64,000 nt of DNA from Candidatus Geocrenenecus huangii (GCA_023254095.1 JALNLM010000007.1:1-64000), one strand, 5' to 3'; positions 18,964-28,024 are shown, numbered from the stretch's first letter. Notes: generated by a model not told the origin, from the letters alone. Made by a program: numbers and translations.

Positions 18964-19053
18964 TGGGCCGGGTGGGATTCGAACCCACGTCCTCCGCCGT
19001 CTCCTCGATAAATTACTGTGAGGGCGGCGTCATAGCCTCTAGACTACCGGCCC
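18964..19053 (-). tRNA. tRNA-Val(CAC) with ~17-nt anticodon-loop intron (about 19000-19016)
   Basis: Reverse complement GGGCCGG...CCGCC-CTCACA[GTAATTTATCGAGGAGA]C-GGCGG...GTTCGAATC...CCGGCCC-A. Confidence 0.93.
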
Positions 19054-19101
19054 GCATCTAAAGATCTATCTCAATTTTTATATCAATCTTTCTGTTTATT
19101 G

Positions 19102-19263
19102 TTATCTCTTTATTTCACGTTTCTTCCATCTAAGATTGTAGCTTCTACATTTTCTGCATTTTTCAGCTGTTGGAGCATTCCTTGATCCACACTCTCTACA
19201 GATCTTGTAATATAATCTACGTTTCTGGGCTAGTTGTATTAAAGTAGCATCTCTTAGAGGCAT
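19102..19263 (-). CDS. rpl40e: 50S ribosomal protein L40e
   Basis: KICRECGSRNAPTAEKCRKCRSYNLRWK; start ATG at 19263. Confidence 0.95.
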   Translation of the reverse strand: MPLRDATLIQLAQKRRLYYKICRECGSRNAPTAEKCRKCRSYNLRWKKREIKR

Positions 19264-19401
19264 CTTCTTATCTTTTAAATGAATAACTGGGTTGAATATA
19301 TATTCTTCCATAGGTAAGGTCTTCCTTAGATAGAATAGGTTTTTATGCTAGGAGAAATAATGGTTTTCAGCCCACAACTGTGTAAATAGAGGTAATGTAA
19401 C

Positions 19402-19680
19402 ATGGCTCATAAAGAAATTCCAACGGTATTGGTGGGGAAAAAGCCTTTAATGAATTATGTGTTCGCATGCCTAACAACACTACAAAGCGGAGTAGATCAG
19501 ATAGTTCTAAAAGCAAGAGGTAGAGCGATCAGCAGAGCCGTAGACGTCGTCCAAGTGCTACAGAGAAGATTCTACAAAGACTTAAAGGTAGCAGACATAA
19601 AACTGGGGACAGAAGAATTAACTGGCCCAAATAATCAACCCATAAGTGTAAGCACAATAGAGATAACCTTGAAGAGATAA
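19402..19680 (+). CDS. albA: DNA/RNA-binding protein Alba
   Basis: VGKKPLMNYV, KARGRAISRAVDV, VSTIEI. Confidence 0.96.
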   Translation: MAHKEIPTVLVGKKPLMNYVFACLTTLQSGVDQIVLKARGRAISRAVDVVQVLQRRFYKDLKVADIKLGTEELTGPNNQPISVSTIEITLKR

Positions 19681-19771
19681 ACAACGTATTCACATAGAAG
19701 ACTCTGAAGATTCAGCTTATCCGCTGAAGGCCACAAGAGCAGAGCGTGGGCATGATGCTAGAGGTGGTTAG

Positions 19772-20326
19772 GTGGACTTACCAATATGTTCATTCGACTT
19801 GAAATCGGGGATGTTATGTCCCCGATGCGAGGAAAAGATACTGAGAGGACTCTACGACGACCTCGACATCAAAGTTATGAAGACCTTCATCGAGCTGGAG
19901 AAAGAATTACCGAAGCTTGCTAAGACAGGATACGTGAAGACGGTTGAATTCGCAGATACAATATACATCATCTTGAAAGAAGATAGTCTAAAATACATTG
20001 ACCAAGAAACTCTCTATTTACTAAAGAAGAAATTGAGAGAGAAACTTGGCAAAAAGATTAAGATAATAGAAGACGATAAGAATGTTTCTAGATTCATCGA
20101 GAAACTCGTTGCACCTGCCAGAATAATTACAATAAATAAGATATGGCTGCCGGATGGAAGTGAAGAAATGAGAGTAATCCTCGATAGGGAGAGAAGTCTG
20201 CAGGCGGCGTCATCTGTTATAGAAGTCGTCAAGAAGGTTAAGCATATAACTTTAAGAATCGATTTCGAGAAGACTGGTTGGCAGGAGAGGAAGGTGAAGA
20301 TTAGTGAGAAGAAGCCCACCTCGTAG
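19772..20326 (+). CDS. Archaeal NusA-like KH-domain protein with N-terminal Cys motif
   Basis: PICSFDLKSGMLCPRC start, KIKIIE...LVAPARI...WLPDG. Confidence 0.7.
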   Translation: MDLPICSFDLKSGMLCPRCEEKILRGLYDDLDIKVMKTFIELEKELPKLAKTGYVKTVEFADTIYIILKEDSLKYIDQETLYLLKKKLREKLGKKIKIIEDDKNVSRFIEKLVAPARIITINKIWLPDGSEEMRVILDRERSLQAASSVIEVVKKVKHITLRIDFEKTGWQERKVKISEKKPTS

Positions 20327-21614
20327 AAGCCATTACGCAATAGAAGTGAGACCAGAGATAGATAATTCACGTGTTTCGCTTCTTGGATGGGTGCATGAAG
20401 TAAGAGACCTAGGAGGAATAAAATTTATACTTCTGAGAGACGTGTCTGGAATATGTCAAGTAACGATTAAGAAAGAAAACCTGCCGACTGAGACTTTACA
20501 GAGGCTGGAAGATCTAGGAGCGGAGGACGTCGTGCATGTTGAGGGGACCGTAAAGAATCAACCTAAAGCAAGACTTGGAGTAGAAGTAGTAGGAGAGAAG
20601 ATCGAGATACTTTCTAGAGCTTCTCGTCCATTACCCTACGATGTTACTGGGAAGGTTCCAGCAGGCCTAGATACTAGGCTAGACTACAGAGTACTAGACC
20701 TAAGGAATCCTGAGAATAATGCAATATTCAAGATAGCTGATACGGTTTTAGCTGCTGCAAGAGAATTCTTCAGAATGAATAACTTTATAGAAGTTAGAAC
20801 TCCGAGAATCATTGCTACGGCGACTGAGGGTGGAGCGGCACTCTTTGAAGTAAAATACTTTGATTCTAAAGCATATCTGGCTCAAAGCCCTCAGCTCTAT
20901 AAAGAAGAACTGGTAACAGTATTTGAGAGGGTATTCGAGATCGGCCCATTCTTTAGAGCGGAGGAATCTCATACTAGACGTCATGTTAGTGAATTCACCT
21001 CAATAGATATCGAGGCTGCTTTCCTAGATTTGTACGGCGTAATGGAGATCCTGGAAAAACTGATCGTCCACATACATAAAAGAGTAGTAGAAGAGAGAAA
21101 GAAAGAACTCGAAATCCTAAATGTAGACTTAAATATCCCGGAACTCCCATTCCCAAGATATGCTTACGATGATATGTTGAAAGAATTGGAGAACTATGGA
21201 ATGGAGTTAGCGTGGGGAGAAGACTTCGGGACAGAGCATCTAAGAATACTTGGAGAAAAACATAGAGGATACTATTTTATAACTCATTTCCCAACTAAGT
21301 CTAAACCTTTCTACATCCAGCCATGCGAAGATAATCCAGAGATTTCAGAATCCTTCGATTTAATGTATAGCTGGCTTGAGCTAGCATCCGGCGGTACTAG
21401 GATCTCTGACCGTAAACTACTAGAGAAGAGGTTACTTGAGCAAGGGCTGAATGTTAAATATTTTGAACACCACTTGAAGGTCTACGACTACGGTATGCCA
21501 ATACATGCAGGATGGGGGCTAGGATTTGAGAGACTTCTAATGGTGTTGACAAACAAGAATAACATTAGAGAAGTTATACTATTCCCGAGAGATAAGTTTA
21601 GACTCGTCCCATAG
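20304..21614 (+). CDS. aspS: Aspartate--tRNA ligase (archaeal type, probably non-discriminating)
   Basis: GWVHEVRDLGG, LAQSPQLYK, FRAEESHTRRH, GWGLGFER, LFPRD. Confidence 0.96.
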   Translation: MRRSPPRRSHYAIEVRPEIDNSRVSLLGWVHEVRDLGGIKFILLRDVSGICQVTIKKENLPTETLQRLEDLGAEDVVHVEGTVKNQPKARLGVEVVGEKIEILSRASRPLPYDVTGKVPAGLDTRLDYRVLDLRNPENNAIFKIADTVLAAAREFFRMNNFIEVRTPRIIATATEGGAALFEVKYFDSKAYLAQSPQLYKEELVTVFERVFEIGPFFRAEESHTRRHVSEFTSIDIEAAFLDLYGVMEILEKLIVHIHKRVVEERKKELEILNVDLNIPELPFPRYAYDDMLKELENYGMELAWGEDFGTEHLRILGEKHRGYYFITHFPTKSKPFYIQPCEDNPEISESFDLMYSWLELASGGTRISDRKLLEKRLLEQGLNVKYFEHHLKVYDYGMPIHAGWGLGFERLLMVLTNKNNIREVILFPRDKFRLVP

Positions 21615-21615
21615 A

Positions 21616-22617
21616 TTATAGGAGATACGCTACCAGTATCGTCGCAATGAATATGTTTAGTAATGCTAAAGGTATAAGTATTCTCCAGCCTATGTCTAGA
21701 AGTCTATCAATGGTTACTCTTGGATAAACACCTCTAAGAAACAAGATGAAGGACAATACTATTAGAGATTTCAGGATCAGCCAGAATGGTTCCTGTATCT
21801 CTACTGGGATAAAGGGCATGTTTGGGCCATGCCATCCCCCAAGGAACAGTATAGATGTGAGAACTGCCAATGCATCGGCTTTCAGATATGTTCCAAGCTG
21901 TATAAACTCTAGCAAAACCCCTGAGTACTCCGTTGTCCAGCCTGCTACAAGTTCCTGTTCAGCTGTTGGGAGATCGAAAGGAATCCTCTCTACCTCCGCT
22001 ATAGAGCTTATCAAGAAGACGATGAAGGACAAAGGAAGTATAAGTATGAACGGAAATTTCTCTTGAGCTAAAACTATTTCTCGGAGATCTAAGCTGCCTG
22101 CAACCATAACCACAGGTATCATCGCTAAGAACAATGGGACTTCATATGCAAACAATTGGAAACCGAACCTCAACATTCCGATAAATGGATACTTGCTTCT
22201 AGAAGCCCATGCAGCTACTAGGAAAGGTATAGGTGAAACAGCTATAACAGCGAATACTAGTAGTAAGCTTACTTCTGACGGGTATATCACCCAGCCGCTT
22301 CCAAAAGGCATAAATGCGAAGATTAGTAGAGGTAGGAAGCCACCAATTAGAGGTGAAGCCACAAATAATACCCTATAAGATTTCGAAGGGACTATTACTT
22401 CCTTAGTCAAGAGTTTAACCGCATCAGCGATTAGCTGAAATATTCCAGCAATCTTTCCTACATGGAGTGGACCAATTCTTAAAGCAACTCTCGCGAGTAG
22501 CTTTCTCTCATACCATACTGTGAATAAAGCATACAGCATGACAAACGTTATTCCTGGAAATATTGCAGCTTTAATGAATTCCTCACTGGTCAGTAACTCG
22601 ATAATTTGAGAAAACAA
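21616..22617 (-). CDS. nuoH: NADH-quinone oxidoreductase subunit H
   Basis: ERKLLARVALRIGP, QLIADAVKLLTKE, ERIPFDLPTAEQELVAGWTTEYSG. Confidence 0.95.
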   Translation of the reverse strand: MFSQIIELLTSEEFIKAAIFPGITFVMLYALFTVWYERKLLARVALRIGPLHVGKIAGIFQLIADAVKLLTKEVIVPSKSYRVLFVASPLIGGFLPLLIFAFMPFGSGWVIYPSEVSLLLVFAVIAVSPIPFLVAAWASRSKYPFIGMLRFGFQLFAYEVPLFLAMIPVVMVAGSLDLREIVLAQEKFPFILILPLSFIVFLISSIAEVERIPFDLPTAEQELVAGWTTEYSGVLLEFIQLGTYLKADALAVLTSILFLGGWHGPNMPFIPVEIQEPFWLILKSLIVLSFILFLRGVYPRVTIDRLLDIGWRILIPLALLNIFIATILVAYLL

Positions 22618-22724
22618 GATTAAAGCCCCCTCTCTTCGTTCACTTTATACTTATTGGTGGTATAAATGTTTCAACACTTCCAGAACATCTTGACAAGATC
22701 GCTAAATAAGATGTTTACGAAAAT

Positions 22725-23111
22725 TTAGTATTTCTGCTCTTCTTCCTGTTGGGGAGTAACTTTCTGTTTGAGCTCTCTCAATTGCATTCCTATGAAGAAT
22801 GCTCCAATTGTAAGTGACCCGAAGGCTATGATGATCCTGTCAGCTAGGTAAGGTGTCTCTTCAAGCATCATCGATGAAATGAAGGCCACTACTCCAATCA
22901 CAGCGTATGCAACATATATTATGAGGTATGGGAAGTACTCGAATGGAAATGCTTCCTCCCTCCACGGTAGAGGTGTCTGGCCGCATTCGAAGCTAACTTT
23001 CTTCTTGATTGATGGTTTCCAAGGTGCAAGTATTAAGGGAAGTACCGCCATCAAAGCAACAGTAGCTACTGCGAGTATAAAGTATATGGTGAATGCGAGA
23101 AGAGGCTGCAT
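22725..23111 (-). CDS. nuoA: NADH-quinone oxidoreductase subunit A
   Basis: Three TM helices with K..SFECG loop. Confidence 0.85.
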   Translation of the reverse strand: MQPLLAFTIYFILAVATVALMAVLPLILAPWKPSIKKKVSFECGQTPLPWREEAFPFEYFPYLIIYVAYAVIGVVAFISSMMLEETPYLADRIIIAFGSLTIGAFFIGMQLRELKQKVTPQQEEEQKY

Positions 23112-23332
23112 TCATATCACCACTGGCTGGAACTACTCTTCAATTACTACCTAGCAATATCTTGAAGACTTTAATATAAAGGTTAAAACGCATACATTAA
23201 ACTTATCGGATTTAAACAATCTTGGAACAGATACTCCCTTCTCTCAATCTCTGTGAATATATTTTGTAGTAATCGGGCCTCTCCTCGATTTTAGAGAAAT
23301 CTCTTTAACCTAGAAAATTAATCTTACATGTC

Positions 23333-23590
23333 TTGATGGTTAAGCTACCCGACGAGTTTAAAGATAATATCAGAAAGATAATTGAGGAAGTCTTGGATAG
23401 CGACCTGTCTAGTGGTAGGATAGAAGAATTATCCGGAAAATGGATTGAGTGTATCAAAGGGTTACTTGAATATAATAGGATAACCTATAGTGAACAGGAA
23501 TTGGAGGAGATAAAGAATATTTTTCTTGAGAGATTAGAGTTGATTAGAAGAAACAGGGATTCAGCTGCACAGGATGAAGAGAAAGTCTAA
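23333..23590 (+). CDS. Hypothetical small helical protein
   Basis: 85-aa charged ORF filling an intergenic gap. Confidence 0.55.
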   Translation: MMVKLPDEFKDNIRKIIEEVLDSDLSSGRIEELSGKWIECIKGLLEYNRITYSEQELEEIKNIFLERLELIRRNRDSAAQDEEKV

Positions 23591-23602
23591 GACTCTTTCT
23601 CC

Positions 23603-24565
23603 CTATACTGCGAGTTTCTCAGCTAATCTTAAGAGCTCTAGGTTTAAAGGCTTCTCGTTTCTGCATGATTCATCCAAGCTTGTTGAAGTTACTTGGCCTT
23701 TCTGTATTCCAATTGTTGCTCCACCCTTTCCATCAAGTAGTAATTCGATTGCTTTGGCGGCGAATATAGATGCGAGATATCTGCTACGTGCCGTGGGGCT
23801 TCCACCTCTCTGTACATATCCTAGAACGCTTACTCTAACTTCTACTCCGACATTTTTCTCGATAGCTTCTGCTAGGCTTGTGGTCTTCCCAACCCCCTCA
23901 GCTATAACGATTATGCTGGAGTTCTTTCCCTTTCTGGCATTCTTCCTTATAGCTTCTACTACTGCGTCTTCATCGTATTCAACCTCTGGTACGAGTATCA
24001 CTTCCGCTCCAGCCGTTAAACCTACTTCCACGGCTAGGAAGCCTCTCTTTCTACCCATGACCTCAACTATAAAGGTTCTCTCATGCGATATCGCGGTATC
24101 CCTAATCTTGTTTATCTCTGTCAACGCAGAATTTACAGCGGTATCAAATCCTATTGTTTCATCTGAAGGATATACGTCGTTATCTATCGATGCGGGTAAA
24201 GCCACGATTTTTACATCTGTTAGCCTGCTTAATTCGTAAGCCCCTCTAATAGATCCATCGCCACCGATAACTACTAGGCCGTCGAGATTGTTTGATCTCA
24301 GGTTTTCAGCAGCCTTCTCTAGGCCTTCTTTGGTCTTAAACTCTAAGCATCTCGTAGTCTTAAGTATTGTTCCACCTAGGTGGAGTATCCCGCTGACAGC
24401 TCTAGCATCAAGATTGATAAAATTGTTTTTTATGATTCCTTCCCATCCTCTCAGGAAGCCTATGGTTTCTATATTATTCCATGCTGATAATCTGACTAAA
24501 GCTCTTATAGCAGCGTTCATCCCAGGAGCGTCTCCACCACTCGTAACTATCCCGATCTTCTTCAT
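23603..24565 (-). CDS. pfkA: ATP-dependent 6-phosphofructokinase, bacterial PfkA type
   Basis: TSGGDAPGMNAAIR, IGGDGS, PASIDND, GFDTA, EVMGR, LGYVQRGG; 320 aa. Confidence 0.95.
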   Translation of the reverse strand: MKKIGIVTSGGDAPGMNAAIRALVRLSAWNNIETIGFLRGWEGIIKNNFINLDARAVSGILHLGGTILKTTRCLEFKTKEGLEKAAENLRSNNLDGLVVIGGDGSIRGAYELSRLTDVKIVALPASIDNDVYPSDETIGFDTAVNSALTEINKIRDTAISHERTFIVEVMGRKRGFLAVEVGLTAGAEVILVPEVEYDEDAVVEAIRKNARKGKNSSIIVIAEGVGKTTSLAEAIEKNVGVEVRVSVLGYVQRGGSPTARSRYLASIFAAKAIELLLDGKGGATIGIQKGQVTSTSLDESCRNEKPLNLELLRLAEKLAV

Positions 24566-24665
24566 AATACATCACTCTAATTCATGCCTTCTGTATATCT
24601 AAAAAGTTTTGCCCATATTATAATGCTGGAAGAATGAACTCTAAAATGGTAGACCTACTACACTC

Positions 24666-25019
24666 TTATGCTTTTGCTCTTTTAAGACGGAAGTTTACTC
24701 CAGTAGCTATAATGTTTGCTCTAACCATGGTATAGACCACCTGCTCAGAAAGCTTAGAGTATTCGTCTCCTGTTAGATTCCAGTTCTTCGACTCGATCAA
24801 GTCATGCATAGACTTCATGTTGTTGTACAGATCTCTGAAACCATAAATATTCTCAGAGTATTGAGGCCTGGATGCCGCATACTCAACTAGTTTGTATGCT
24901 CTCTTGAAGTATTTGTGGTCTTCAGTATCGAGAAATGCTTTTAGATTAAAGATGACCATTCGAGTAAGTGTGAAAACTTCTCTTAGAGTCTTTCTCTCCT
25001 CGATCGCTTTACTCATCAC
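24666..25019 (-). CDS. Hypothetical protein translationally coupled to nuoI
   Basis: 117-aa ORF overlapping the nuoI stop by 4 nt. Confidence 0.65.
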   Translation of the reverse strand: MMSKAIEERKTLREVFTLTRMVIFNLKAFLDTEDHKYFKRAYKLVEYAASRPQYSENIYGFRDLYNNMKSMHDLIESKNWNLTGDEYSKLSEQVVYTMVRANIIATGVNFRLKRAKA

Positions 25020-25870
25020 CTATACCTCCTGAACAGGATTAGTGTTTTCTCAGACCATGTCGTCTCAGGAGGATGCGTTTCAAAGAACTTACTACTGAGC
25101 ATGAGAGGTGTATACAGGAGCTCCTCCCTCTCAAGAGAGGACAATTCAAAAGATGGCCCCATCTCTAGAGCATAGAATGGGCAAGCATCTACACAGAATC
25201 CGCAGAAAACGCACCTGCCATAATCTATAGCTGGGAATATGCTCCTCTTATTCTGTTTGAATTCGAAATCTCTTTTCTCTATCAATACCTCGAAGACGTC
25301 AGCATCTTTACCTATCTTGAACCTCATGCTTTCTACGGGCTTGTATTCTATTAGTTCGACAGCCCAGCCTTTTACGGTTAATTCACGTAATACGTCTTCA
25401 AGAAGATTTTCATAAACTACTTCACATCTATAATTGAATACGGGATCTCTATTCAATCTTATTACATAGTTTTCTCCCGTATGCTCACACGATTTCAACT
25501 CCCCTGAAAATCGGTCTACGATTACTTCGATGGCTTTAGATATTTCTGCCCCCTCTCTTAATCGTCGGAAAGTGTTTGCATCAAGCTTTATGGAAACATC
25601 GTATCCGAAGACCATGGATATTGCTTCAGATATGTTTTCACATGCTCGGTCGCATGATCCACACCCTGTACACTTGTCTAGATAGAGAATGTGCCTACCC
25701 TTATAGCCTGGGTAGGCGACCCCCTCCTTCGGGTCGAACCTATAGTTTGATTCAGGAATATTGTATGTCCTCTCATAAGGATACTTTATAGTTATCGGTC
25801 TAAAGAAGATATGTTTTAAACCTGAGACTATAGGTGACAATATCCTCGTAATAATACTCCCTGAAATCAT
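25016..25870 (-). CDS. nuoI: NADH-quinone oxidoreductase subunit I with ~110-aa insertion
   Basis: ITIKYPYE, YKGRH, CTGCGSCDRAC and IDYGRCVFCGFCVDACP, FELS. Confidence 0.88.
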   Translation of the reverse strand: MISGSIITRILSPIVSGLKHIFFRPITIKYPYERTYNIPESNYRFDPKEGVAYPGYKGRHILYLDKCTGCGSCDRACENISEAISMVFGYDVSIKLDANTFRRLREGAEISKAIEVIVDRFSGELKSCEHTGENYVIRLNRDPVFNYRCEVVYENLLEDVLRELTVKGWAVELIEYKPVESMRFKIGKDADVFEVLIEKRDFEFKQNKRSIFPAIDYGRCVFCGFCVDACPFYALEMGPSFELSSLEREELLYTPLMLSSKFFETHPPETTWSEKTLILFRRYR

Positions 25871-26436
25871 GTCCGCAAATCAATCCTAGTACTTGGATAA
25901 TATAAGTTTCTCTTTTGGTCGAGGCTTACTAGGAAAAGGTGGTCTCTAGATTGTAGGTTGCGTATCTCTACTACTCTTCCGGTTTTCTGAATTTCTCTTA
26001 GCAAGCGCTCTTTCAAATCCTCCCTCTTCTTCAATAAAGTAAATACCATGAGATGCCGCGAAGTCCTCGCTGCTTCTTTCACCGCTCTCTCCATATGTAG
26101 TAGGTGGATGACCGTGAAGCTTACAGATACGTGGAAACATTTGTCTCTGAAGGGAAGATTTTGAGCATCCGCAACAACATATTCTATTGAGTGTACTCTG
26201 TAATTCTTTCTAGCGTACTTCACTCTATAAGAGTCAATATCAACACCAACGTATAAACCATCGAAACCAGAGTTTCCTAGATATTCTGCTAGTAGTCCTA
26301 TACCACACCCAATATCTAGGACCCTGGAGGCTCTTAATCCAATATTGTTGAAGACTAGCCTATACTTTACTATCTGTTCTTCCCCGTACAATTCACGGTA
26401 GCCTTCAGCTGGAACATCGTAGAATAGTTCATTCAA
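25867..26436 (-). CDS. Class I SAM-dependent methyltransferase
   Basis: VLDIGCGIG, GVDID, ADAQNLPF. Confidence 0.88.
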   Translation of the reverse strand: MNELFYDVPAEGYRELYGEEQIVKYRLVFNNIGLRASRVLDIGCGIGLLAEYLGNSGFDGLYVGVDIDSYRVKYARKNYRVHSIEYVVADAQNLPFRDKCFHVSVSFTVIHLLHMERAVKEAARTSRHLMVFTLLKKREDLKERLLREIQKTGRVVEIRNLQSRDHLFLVSLDQKRNLYYPSTRIDLRT

Positions 26437-26594
26437 TCCATAACATTAAGCTCTGCTAGAAATAATTAACCTTAGCCTACTATTTTGCAAGGGCATGGGA
26501 CTTCTTAAAAATAGAAAATATTTATAGAGATTACCAGATTTTTCACTCTGTTCAAGTAATCAATGAAAACTTAAAAATTTACATACTTTCCTGG

Positions 26595-27623
26595 ATGTTG
26601 ATGGTTGAGTATAGGGAGCTTGGAAAGACTGGCGTAAAGGTTTCAGCTGTGGGTATAGGTACTTGGCAGTGGGGGTCGAAGATTTGGGGATACATGAAGA
26701 CGTATGCTGAGCATGACTTACTTGAAGCGTTTAATAAAGCCATAGAACTCGGATTGAATTTTTTCGATACAGCGGAAATATACGGTGATGGTGAATCTGA
26801 GAGAATTCTTGGGAGATGTTTAAAAAATGTTAAGAGAGATGAAGTGGTCGTAGCTACAAAGTTTTCTCCAACTAGGATTACGGAAGATGGTATCCGGAAG
26901 TCATTGGAGAATAGCTTGAAGCGTCTTGGCACATCTTACGTGGATCTTTACCAAGTTCATTGGCCCAATCCTGTAGCTTCCATACCGAAAACAATGAAGA
27001 TACTGGAGAAACTGTGGAGTGAGGGTAAGATCCTAGCTATCGGAGTAAGCAACTTTAATCTAAGCCAACTCATTAAGGCTAGAAACTCGCTATCCAAGAC
27101 GGATATTACGTCTAATCAGGTAGAATACAACATGTTAAAGAGGAATATTGAAAAGAAGATGATAGAGTATTGTTTAAGAGAAAAAGTAATGATAATAGCT
27201 TACAGCCCCCTTGCACAAGGTTTACTTACGGGAAAATACAGTAAAGTAAACAAGCCTCGAGACATTGTTAGGAAGTTTAATCCATACTTCACGTCAAGGA
27301 GGTTGGAGAAGGTTAAACCTTTACTAGATGTTTTGAACGAGATATCGGTTAAGAATGGTAGGACGATCACACAACTAGCTCTAAACTGGATACTTAGATG
27401 GGAGAACACTATCCCGATACCTGGAGTGAAGAATGCTAGACATGTAGTAGATATAGCTGGCTCCATGGACTTCAGTCTTAGCAATGAAGAATTAAAAATC
27501 ATCGAAGAAAAGATCCAGGAAATAGAAGCTAAAAACTCCTTAAAACCTAGCCGTGGAATCCATCTTCTAAGAAATTATCTCTCTATGGTATTCTATGAAA
27601 AGGGGAGAGAATGGAAGAGATAG
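26595..27623 (+). CDS. Aldo/keto reductase
   Basis: GIGTWQWG, FFDTAEIYG, ATKF, DLYQVHWP, IGVSNF, AYSPLAQG. Confidence 0.93.
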   Translation: MLMVEYRELGKTGVKVSAVGIGTWQWGSKIWGYMKTYAEHDLLEAFNKAIELGLNFFDTAEIYGDGESERILGRCLKNVKRDEVVVATKFSPTRITEDGIRKSLENSLKRLGTSYVDLYQVHWPNPVASIPKTMKILEKLWSEGKILAIGVSNFNLSQLIKARNSLSKTDITSNQVEYNMLKRNIEKKMIEYCLREKVMIIAYSPLAQGLLTGKYSKVNKPRDIVRKFNPYFTSRRLEKVKPLLDVLNEISVKNGRTITQLALNWILRWENTIPIPGVKNARHVVDIAGSMDFSLSNEELKIIEEKIQEIEAKNSLKPSRGIHLLRNYLSMVFYEKGREWKR

Positions 27624-27667
27624 TTCTTCTATTCAACAAAATTAAAATAATTGGGTGAGTATATTGT

Positions 27668-27736
27668 GGCTGGCTGGCGATGAGGAATTTGCCGAGTTCA
27701 GAACTGTGAAGATAATTGGCCCTCTCTGAGCCAGCC
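27668..27736 (+). ncRNA. C/D-box methylation guide sRNA
   Basis: Terminal stem GGCTGGC/GCCAGCC; C GCGATGA, D' CAGA, C' GTGAAGA, D CTGA; D' guide AATTTGCCGAGTT is antisense to the conserved 23S rRNA sequence AACUCGGCAAAUU. Confidence 0.8.
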
Positions 27737-27748
27737 TAAAACCCGCCT

Positions 27749-28024
27749 CTATCCTACTTGTTCAGATGATTGAAAATCTTCAACCTCGCCCGTCAGCGGG
27801 TCGAGCTTTACATAGACGCTGTAACCCTTCTTCCCAGACAATCCTTTAGACACTACTACCTTTAGCTTGACGATCCATTTACTTCCCTCACTGTAGGGGG
27901 CTAGCCAGATACTATCAACCCATGAATCCTTTATCTTTCCGTTAAGTCTCTTCTCAACCTCTTTCTCTGCCAACTTTCTTGCATCAATCCAGTTCGAAAT
28001 CTTGGGCTCTTCTACCCGAATCAT
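27749..28024 (-). CDS. Hypothetical protein, PepSY-like fold
   Basis: Helix then beta-strands ending VKLDPLTGEV. Confidence 0.5.
   Translation of the reverse strand: MIRVEEPKISNWIDARKLAEKEVEKRLNGKIKDSWVDSIWLAPYSEGSKWIVKLKVVVSKGLSGKKGYSVYVKLDPLTGEVEDFQSSEQVG

Noticed and set aside
7491-18964. Integrated element bounded by the two tRNA-Val direct repeats
   Set aside because: Both copies are complete tRNAs with different anticodons; the interval contains core genes (trm56, tfe) and no integrase
19700-19760. Hairpin TTCAGC-ttatcc-GCTGAA and box-like words after alba
   Set aside because: Incomplete box set; could be a simple intergenic hairpin
25277-25609. Intein as the explanation of the NuoI insertion
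   Set aside because: No N-terminal Cys/Ser or C-terminal His-Asn splice motif
27676-27729. Fluoride (crcB) riboswitch resemblance (GGCGATGAGG...GCC...CCTCT)
   Set aside because: It lacks the GCTRATG core, no gene lies downstream on that strand, and the C/D-box reading with rRNA complementarity fits better
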